13,196 bases of DNA from NCBI GenBank assembly GCA_031367385.1, contig JANLPS010000432.1, forward strand, positions 1 to 13,196, in the 5' to 3' direction. This stretch comes from Archangium sp. (lineage in GTDB: Bacteria; Myxococcota; Myxococcia; Myxococcales; Myxococcaceae). Numbering within the stretch: position 1 is the stretch's first letter; every line of letters starts with the position of its first letter. Below are positions 7,555-13,196 of this stretch, piece by piece. The notes beneath the pieces are model-generated. The model searched no databases, was not told the DNA's origin, and saw only the letters and a program-made list of their open reading frames with translations. The position numbers and the translations under genes are program-made.

Positions 7555-8076
7555 CTATCGGGTCTTGAGCGCGCGCTCGATCCACCCGCGAATCTCGTCT
7601 TGATCTCGCAAGCCGCGGCCGTTCGCGACGATGGTGCCATCGCGGCCGATGACGAACACGGTCGGCAGCGCCTTGACCTGGTACGCGGCGTGCGCCTTGT
7701 GCTCGGGGAAGATCGCGTACTTCGCCATCTCTTTGTCAGTCTGCACCCAGGTGAGCACGGCCTCTTTGCACTCGTCGACTTCGCCGCTCTCTTGATTCGC
7801 TGCCAGAAAGGTCACGCCTTGCGCTTCGTATTCGCGCGCCAGGGCTTCGAGCCCCGGCAGCTCTTCACGGCATGGAGGGCACCAGGTCGCCCAAAAGTCG
7901 AGCACCACTACGCGGCCCTTCAGCTCTGACAATCGGCTGGGCGGCCCTTCGAAGCGCTCGAACGCGAACTCGGGCGCGGGCTCACCAGCCATGCTGCCTT
8001 TGAACGCAATGATGATCAGCCCACCGATGAGCATCACCACCAGCACCATCGAAACCCAGTCGCGCTTCTTCTTCAC
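7555..8076 (-). CDS. TlpA/ResA-family membrane-anchored thiol-disulfide oxidoreductase
   Basis: N-terminal TM helix, 'LSELKGRVVVLDFWATWCPPCREELP', and cis-Pro loop 'ALPTVFVIGRDG'. GTG start overlaps the upstream TGA (GTGA, 8073-8076). Confidence 0.93.
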   Translation of the reverse strand: MKKKRDWVSMVLVVMLIGGLIIIAFKGSMAGEPAPEFAFERFEGPPSRLSELKGRVVVLDFWATWCPPCREELPGLEALAREYEAQGVTFLAANQESGEVDECKEAVLTWVQTDKEMAKYAIFPEHKAHAAYQVKALPTVFVIGRDGTIVANGRGLRDQDEIRGWIERALKTR

Positions 8077-9110
8077 GGCTCGAGCACCGCGACGAGCCGG
8101 CGCAGCACCGCCCTGGTGATCGCGCGCAACACCGGTCGCTGATCAACGAAGGCCGCCAGCCCAGGCCCCTCGCGGTAGTACCAGCGGGTGAAGGCTCTCC
8201 CCGTTGCAGAGCGAGCCAACGTCTGGTCGCGAAAGTCGCGCAGCACGTCGAGCTCAGCGGCGCCTTCACCGAACGCGACCGTCGCCACGAAGCACCGGCT
8301 CGGCGTCAACCACAGCACCCGGCTCGAGTTCAGGTTGAGCACGCCCTGCAGCTTCGTCGCCGGCACATAGAGAAACGCCAAGAAATCACGCCGCGCCACG
8401 GTCAACGCATCACGGCCCCAATCATCGACATGCAGCTGAGTCTGTGCGCCACTCAGCTCGTCGAGGCGAAACACATACCGCCGACCCTTGCCCCGCGGAG
8501 TCACCTCGCACGCCCGCACTTCTCCGAAGTACGCCGAGAACGGGTTGCGGCAGGCATGGCATTGAAACGCGTGCGTCGCGTGGCGCGGAGAGCATGAATA
8601 GTCGCCGGTCTGCTTGCACGACGGGCACACCAGCTTCACCTTCATCGACGCTTCGGGCTTGGGGTCGAAGCGCGAGCTCGACTGGGCGCGGTCGAACACC
8701 GGCGCCGACGCGTCATTCGAGAGCGACCACAGCCGCTTCGACGACGCCGCCACCCGCTCGGCCTGCACTGCCTCGTGCCACGGGCCTTCAGCCGCTTCGA
8801 TCTTGCCGTCGCGCAGCAGGGTCAACGCGATCAGGTGACGCTCGATCGCCACCACCCACACGCGCAGCTGATCAGCCGTGCCGCGCTGCTCGAGCGCATA
8901 CGCGTAGGTCAGCAGGCGCTCGCCCTCGAGCGTCAACGCGTGCGCTTTGGCGATCGCCGGGTCATCGCGGCGCCGATAGACCGGAGGCTCGGGCACCCTC
9001 GAAAAAAATTGCATCGCCTCGGTGCGCAACACCTCGCCCGCCTCGACCGCGTCGACCTGAACCTCCGAGGCCCGCGCGCGTGCCCGGGCTTTGAGCTCCT
9101 CGATTCCCAC
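8073..9110 (-). CDS. Zinc-ribbon protein with C-terminal CFI-box-CTERM domain
   Basis: Helical N-terminus with no signal peptide; CPSC...CHAC pair (8550-8627); C-terminal 'CFVATVAFGEGAAELDVLRDFRDQTLARSATGRAFTRWYYREGPGLAAFV' (8294 to end) matches the CFI-box-CTERM pattern CF[IV]ATxx[YF]G...LRxFRD...GRxFxxxYY...P. Confidence 0.85.
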   Translation of the reverse strand: MGIEELKARARARASEVQVDAVEAGEVLRTEAMQFFSRVPEPPVYRRRDDPAIAKAHALTLEGERLLTYAYALEQRGTADQLRVWVVAIERHLIALTLLRDGKIEAAEGPWHEAVQAERVAASSKRLWSLSNDASAPVFDRAQSSSRFDPKPEASMKVKLVCPSCKQTGDYSCSPRHATHAFQCHACRNPFSAYFGEVRACEVTPRGKGRRYVFRLDELSGAQTQLHVDDWGRDALTVARRDFLAFLYVPATKLQGVLNLNSSRVLWLTPSRCFVATVAFGEGAAELDVLRDFRDQTLARSATGRAFTRWYYREGPGLAAFVDQRPVLRAITRAVLRRLVAVLEP

Positions 9111-9184
9111 CGTTCGCCGCTTCTACACCTGAAAACTCGACGGCAGGGTGTGTCGCTGTACGCTCCTGTCCTCCAGGAGGTCAC

Positions 9185-9463
9185 ATGGGCATTCTCAAAT
9201 TCATCGTTTGGACGGGCACTTGCGTGGCGTTGGGCATCTGGCTGGGTGGCGTCGAGCTGCGCGGTCACACCCCGCTCCAGCACCTCGAGCACGCGTGGAA
9301 GACGGGCTCTCCGAAGCTCGACAAGGTCAAAGACGGGGCTGAAGACCTGGTCGATGAGGTGAAGAAGAAGGTCAGCGCCAAAGACGGCGCGCGGCCGACC
9401 GAGCAGCACACGACTGAAGATCGCGACGCGATCGAAAAGCTCATCGCGAAGCGTTCGAAGTAA
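9185..9463 (+). CDS. Small single-pass membrane or exported hypothetical protein (92 aa)
   Basis: Strong SD (AGGAGG, 9175-9180) before the ATG; hydrophobic N-terminus followed by a charged helical tail. Confidence 0.8.
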   Translation: MGILKFIVWTGTCVALGIWLGGVELRGHTPLQHLEHAWKTGSPKLDKVKDGAEDLVDEVKKKVSAKDGARPTEQHTTEDRDAIEKLIAKRSK

Positions 9464-10154
9464 CCCGTCGCAGGTGCTCGAAGGCAGCGAGCCAGATCTC
9501 GGCTTCGCGCTGCGTCAAGCCTCCACGCACCAGAGACCGGGTCAGCTCTTTGAGCACGTGGTCTGGGGCCTGCGGGTTCAAGAATTCGCTGGCCAACAAC
9601 GCGTCTCGCATCTTGTTTTCGAGCGCGTGCACGGTGCCCAGGTTCGCGCCCGGGGCCGGTTGCGCGGCGTCGACGTGCTGTGAGCGAGCAACCAGGTACG
9701 AGAGCACTGCGGCGGCCTGCGCGATGTTCATCGACGGCTGCGGCCCCGGAGTCGGGATGACCACCACGTCGTGGCACCAGGCGAGCTCTTCGTCTGAGAG
9801 CCCGCGTTTCTCGCCCCCCAAGACCAGCGCCACCTTGCCCCTTGCCGAGTGGGTCGCCAGCCGGGCGATGCCTTCTTCAGGCGTAAGGGGGGTGAATCGC
9901 TTGAGCTCGGTTCGAGAGGTGGTACCGACCGCGTACACCACGTTTTTGAGGGCTTCTTCGAGCGAGAGGGCGACCGAAAACGTGTCTAAAATGCCTTCGC
10001 CCTTGATGCCCAGCCGTTCAGCCCCGCGAAAGTCATGGGTTGCGGGGTCGGAGAGGATGAGCTCGCTCAGCCCGAAGTTGGCCATCACCCGCGCGATGGC
10101 GCCGAGGTTGTCGGGCGAGCGCAGCTGGTGACAGATGAAAACAGGGTGCCACAT
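9441..10154 (-). CDS. trmJ: SPOUT RNA 2'-O-methyltransferase, TrmJ/TrmH family
   Basis: ORF-track 9441..10445 trimmed to ATG 10154 (MWHPVFICHQ). Motifs 'PDNLGAIARVMANFGLSEL', 'VGTTSR', 'VALVLGGEKRGLSDEEL', 'PSMNIAQA', plus the C-terminal helical extension 'GLTQREAEIWL' typical of TrmJ. Confidence 0.88.
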   Translation of the reverse strand: MWHPVFICHQLRSPDNLGAIARVMANFGLSELILSDPATHDFRGAERLGIKGEGILDTFSVALSLEEALKNVVYAVGTTSRTELKRFTPLTPEEGIARLATHSARGKVALVLGGEKRGLSDEELAWCHDVVVIPTPGPQPSMNIAQAAAVLSYLVARSQHVDAAQPAPGANLGTVHALENKMRDALLASEFLNPQAPDHVLKELTRSLVRGGLTQREAEIWLAAFEHLRRVTSNASR

Positions 10155-10239
10155 GCAGGCCCACTGTACCCTTCGCGGAGGTCGCGGGCCTTCTTCAAAG
10201 CTGGCATCTGGGGCCGCGCCTCGATAGGGTCGACGGGCT

Positions 10240-10806
10240 TTGAAGCGCATTCTGATCAGCACTCTGGCCCTTGTTTGCACCGCCTGCGGCGTCGGCGGCC
10301 AACCCGCGTTTTCACGCACTGTTTCGACGAGCCAAGCGCTCACCGGAGCGGCCGAGTGGCTCGAGTTCGAGACCCCACAGGCCCGCGCCGATCTCTTTCG
10401 CGACGTGGTGCGGCAATCACAGGCTGAAGCCGGTCGTGGCGGCACGGTGATGTTCCCGATGTCGAGCGAGAAGACGGGCGAGCTGGTGGCGGCCCCGGCG
10501 CTCGACGCGAAGATCGATTTGCTCGCCGCGGCTGACGCGGGTGCGTTGATGCTGACCTTCGATACCCGGGGCGATCGCTTCGGCGAAGACCGGCGCGATG
10601 CTTTTCAGGGCTTGTCGGAGCGTGAAGCGACCGAGCTCGTCGCCCGCTCCGTGCTCGCCCAGTGGAACGTGAAGGCCACGGGCCCGGTGACGGTGAGTCG
10701 CGCGGCAGGTGCTCCGTACGCGGCGGCGTGGCTCGATGGCACGCTGCGCATCAACCCTGCGTTCGTGTACATGGCGAGTGCACCCGCTCCGCAGCCGGCT
10801 CCGTAA
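10240..10806 (+). CDS. Hypothetical lipoprotein (188 aa)
   Basis: TTG start, MKRILISTLALVCTA-C lipobox; divergent from trmJ; ends 5 nt before the proposed purC start. Confidence 0.75.
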   Translation: MKRILISTLALVCTACGVGGQPAFSRTVSTSQALTGAAEWLEFETPQARADLFRDVVRQSQAEAGRGGTVMFPMSSEKTGELVAAPALDAKIDLLAAADAGALMLTFDTRGDRFGEDRRDAFQGLSEREATELVARSVLAQWNVKATGPVTVSRAAGAPYAAAWLDGTLRINPAFVYMASAPAPQPAP

Positions 10807-10811
10807 AGACC

Positions 10812-11768
10812 GTGGCTGATCAGCGTTTGTTCGAGCAGTTGCCGCACACGCTCAAGGGCACTGACTTCGGCCCGAAGCTCGGCGAAAAATACCAAGGCAA
10901 AGTGCGTGACACCTACCGCTCGGGCGACCGGCTGGTGCTGATCACCACTGACCGGCTCTCGGCGTTCGATCATGTGCTGACCACCCTGCCCTTCAAGGGT
11001 GACGTGCTGAATCAGCTGGCGCATTTTTGGTTTCAGAAGACCGCGCACATCGTTGCGAACCACGTGCTCGACATGCCTGACCCGTGCGTCATCGTCGGGC
11101 GGCGGGCCGAGGCGTTGCCGATTGAATTCGTGGTGCGCGGCTACCTGACGGGCAGCCTGTGGCGTGACTACGAGGCGGGCCGTGACCCGTACGCGCTGAG
11201 GTTGCCGCAAGGCCTCAAGCGAGACGCGAAGTTCGACGCGCCGATCGTGACTCCCTCGACGAAGGCGCCGATTGGGCAGCATGACGAGCCGTTGTCTGAG
11301 GCCGAGGTGCTACGCCGGCAATTGGTCTCTGGGCGCGACTGGGAGCGGGCCAAGGAGGCGACGTTGGCCCTGTTCATCGAAGGGCAGCGGCACGCCGCGG
11401 CGCAGGGGCTGATTCTCGTCGATACGAAATATGAGTTCGGGCGCATTGGTGACGAGCTGGTGGTCATTGATGAGATGCACACGCCTGACTCGAGCCGTTT
11501 TTGGGTGGCGCAAGGGTCGGCCGAGCGGTTCGCGAAGGGTGAGTCGCAGGTGATGCTCGACAAAGAGAACCTGCGGCAGTGGTTGATTGCCGAGCGGGGC
11601 TTCTCGGGCCAAGGCACTCCGCCGGCGATACCTGACGACGTGCGCGTGTCATTGGCGGCGACGTATGTCTCGGCCTCAGAGCGAATCACCGGAGTGCCCG
11701 TCGACCTGAAAGTCGGCGATGTGCGTGAACGGCTCGAAGCGAACCTGAAACGCGCAAAGCTGATCTGA
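10812..11768 (+). CDS. purC: Phosphoribosylaminoimidazole-succinocarboxamide (SAICAR) synthase, long form
   Basis: Motifs YQGKVRD, TDRLSAFD, KGDVLNQ, LPIEFVVRGYLTGSLW, TPSTKA, LVDTKYEFG, DEMHTPDSSRFW, DKENLRQWL. Start moved from 10662 to the in-frame GTG 10812 to avoid overlap with the upstream CDS. Confidence 0.96.
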   Translation: MADQRLFEQLPHTLKGTDFGPKLGEKYQGKVRDTYRSGDRLVLITTDRLSAFDHVLTTLPFKGDVLNQLAHFWFQKTAHIVANHVLDMPDPCVIVGRRAEALPIEFVVRGYLTGSLWRDYEAGRDPYALRLPQGLKRDAKFDAPIVTPSTKAPIGQHDEPLSEAEVLRRQLVSGRDWERAKEATLALFIEGQRHAAAQGLILVDTKYEFGRIGDELVVIDEMHTPDSSRFWVAQGSAERFAKGESQVMLDKENLRQWLIAERGFSGQGTPPAIPDDVRVSLAATYVSASERITGVPVDLKVGDVRERLEANLKRAKLI

Positions 11769-11774
11769 GCCCCC

Positions 11775-13076
11775 ATGATCGTCGCAAACCTCGTCGTCTT
11801 CGTCTGTTTGGCCGCCCCGGCAGCACCGACCGATGCGACGTTGGCCGCTGACGCCGCGAAAGACTACCGCGCCACGCTCGACCCGCTCTTCACCTGGTTT
11901 CACCAGAACCCCGAGCTGTCGATGAGAGAGACGAAGACCTCCGCCCGCTTGGCGAAGGAGCTGCGCGGCCTCGGCCTCGAGGTGACCGAGAAGGTCGGCG
12001 GCACCGGTGTGGTGGCGGTGCTCAAGAATGGTTCGGGCCCAGTGGTTTTGATACGCGCCGATATGGACGGTCTGCCCCTCGAGGAGCACTCGGGCTTAAG
12101 CTACGCCTCGAAGGCACGGGCGGTCGGCCTCGATGGCGTCGAGCAGCCGAGCATGCACGCGTGCGGCCACGACACCCACATGACGGCCCTGGTGGGCACT
12201 GCGCGGCAGCTGGTGAAGCGAAAAGACCGGTGGCGCGGCACGGTGGTGTTCATTGGGCAGCCCGGTGAAGAGCGCCTCAAGGGTGCGAAGGCGATGCTCG
12301 AAGACGGGTTGTACACGCGCTTTCCCAAGCCGTCGGTGGCGCTCGCGTTTCATGTGAACGCGCAGGACGAAGTGGGCAAGGTGAGGGTCGCCGAAGAGAC
12401 GGCGTATTCAAGCTCAGACAGTATTGACCTCAAGGTTCGTGGTGTGGGCGGGCATGGCGCTTCTCCGCAAGAGGGTGTTGACCCGGTGCTGATCGCCGCC
12501 GAAATCGTCGTGGCGCTGCAGACCATGGTGACCCGCACCATCGACCCGCTCGAGCCCGCGCTGATCACCGTGGGGTCGATTCACGGAGGGAGCAAACACA
12601 ACATCATCCCCGACGAGGTGCTGCTGCAGCTCACCGTGCGCGCCGAGTCGCTCGAGGTCAGGCAGAAGCTGCTCGACGGCATCGCACAAATCGCCAACGG
12701 CATCGCGACGGCCCACGGTGTCGCGGCCAAGAACCTGCCGGTGTTGACGCTGCAGGAGTCAACCCCGGTCACGGTGAATGACCCTGTGCTCGCGAAGCGT
12801 GTCACGGCCGCGGTGGTGGCCCAGCTGGGCACCGACCGAATGTCGACTCGCAAACGCAAAGGCATGGGCGCCGAAGACTTCGCTTACTTGATCGCGCCCG
12901 AGCTCGGGGTGAAGGGCGTGTACTTCGGCATCGGAGGCACGCCGAAGGCTGAGTTGGCCAGCGCCGCCGGTCACCACTCCCCGCTCTTCAAGGTCTCGCC
13001 CGAACCGGTCGTGATCACCGCCATCGAGGCGATGAGCTCGGCAGCGCTCGATCTGCTCGACAAGCCTGTGCAGTAG
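11775..13076 (+). CDS. M20D-family amidohydrolase (hippurate-hydrolase/aminoacylase-like) with predicted signal peptide
   Basis: Motifs HQNPELS, IRADMDGLP, MHACGHDTH, QPGEE, GGHGASP, MGAEDF, HHSPLF; hydrophobic N-terminus 'MIVANLVVFVCLAAPAA'. Confidence 0.93.
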   Translation: MIVANLVVFVCLAAPAAPTDATLAADAAKDYRATLDPLFTWFHQNPELSMRETKTSARLAKELRGLGLEVTEKVGGTGVVAVLKNGSGPVVLIRADMDGLPLEEHSGLSYASKARAVGLDGVEQPSMHACGHDTHMTALVGTARQLVKRKDRWRGTVVFIGQPGEERLKGAKAMLEDGLYTRFPKPSVALAFHVNAQDEVGKVRVAEETAYSSSDSIDLKVRGVGGHGASPQEGVDPVLIAAEIVVALQTMVTRTIDPLEPALITVGSIHGGSKHNIIPDEVLLQLTVRAESLEVRQKLLDGIAQIANGIATAHGVAAKNLPVLTLQESTPVTVNDPVLAKRVTAAVVAQLGTDRMSTRKRKGMGAEDFAYLIAPELGVKGVYFGIGGTPKAELASAAGHHSPLFKVSPEPVVITAIEAMSSAALDLLDKPVQ

Positions 13077-13196
13077 ATTCGTGGGGGGGCGCGCGAACCC
13101 AGAGAGTGTTGGGGGTGGGGGTTGGGGGGCGCGAGGCAGCCCGCACAAACACCACAGCAAAAACAAAAAAGGTTATCTTGTAGAAACACCAACCCC
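13077..13196. other. Non-coding low-complexity tail: G-runs followed by an A/C-rich stretch
   Basis: G7 at 13083-13089, G5 at 13111-13115, G5 at 13117-13121, G6 at 13124-13129, then 'cacaaacaccacagcaaaaacaaaaaa'. Unlike the rest of the window. Confidence 0.6.

Noticed and set aside
9002..9008. A7 homopolymer as a phase-variation or frameshift site
   Set aside because: It reads in frame as Phe-Phe-Ser on the minus strand, the ORF is intact, and the tract is short.
10155..10445. 97-aa N-terminal extension of trmJ
   Set aside because: It overlaps the divergent lipoprotein gene, and the SPOUT fold begins right after ATG 10154.
10662..10811. 50-aa N-terminal extension of purC
   Set aside because: It overlaps the upstream lipoprotein CDS; GTG 10812 gives a normal-length protein.
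1..13196. tRNA/rRNA, transposase, integrase, cas, toxin-antitoxin or defence genes; sigma-54 promoters in intergenic gaps
   Set aside because: No such motifs were recognised by eye, and candidate GG/GC pairs lacked the GG-N10-GC spacing. Covariance-model and HMM searches were not run.

Overview
GC-rich, densely coding 13.2 kb window. Gene content (many lipoproteins, a TraB-type OmpA protein, a DUF1588/DUF1585-like protein) suggests a myxobacterium; this taxonomy is inference. I count 14 CDS. Left arm, minus strand: an RDD + HExxH membrane protein, a large Cys-rich CxxCH lipoprotein, and a translationally coupled cytochrome-c-like lipoprotein that runs off the window edge and is absent from the ORF track. 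Middle, plus strand: a small lipoprotein, a TraB-like barrel/TSP3/OmpA protein with no adjacent traA, a barrel-like lipoprotein, and a haem-c + PHM/DBH-type copper monooxygenase lipoprotein. These converge on a minus-strand pair of a zinc-ribbon/CFI-box-CTERM protein and a TlpA thioredoxin. Right arm: a small membrane protein, trmJ, a lipoprotein, purC and an exported M20 amidohydrolase, then a compositionally odd 120-bp tail. I found no RNA genes, mobile elements or CRISPR arrays. Several ORF-track starts are over-extended and are corrected here. No single new system is proven. The best leads are the haem-c/copper-monooxygenase unit, the orphan TraB-like gene, the CxxCH lipoprotein operon, the RDD-HExxH fusion, and a recurring pattern of near-leaderless promoters.
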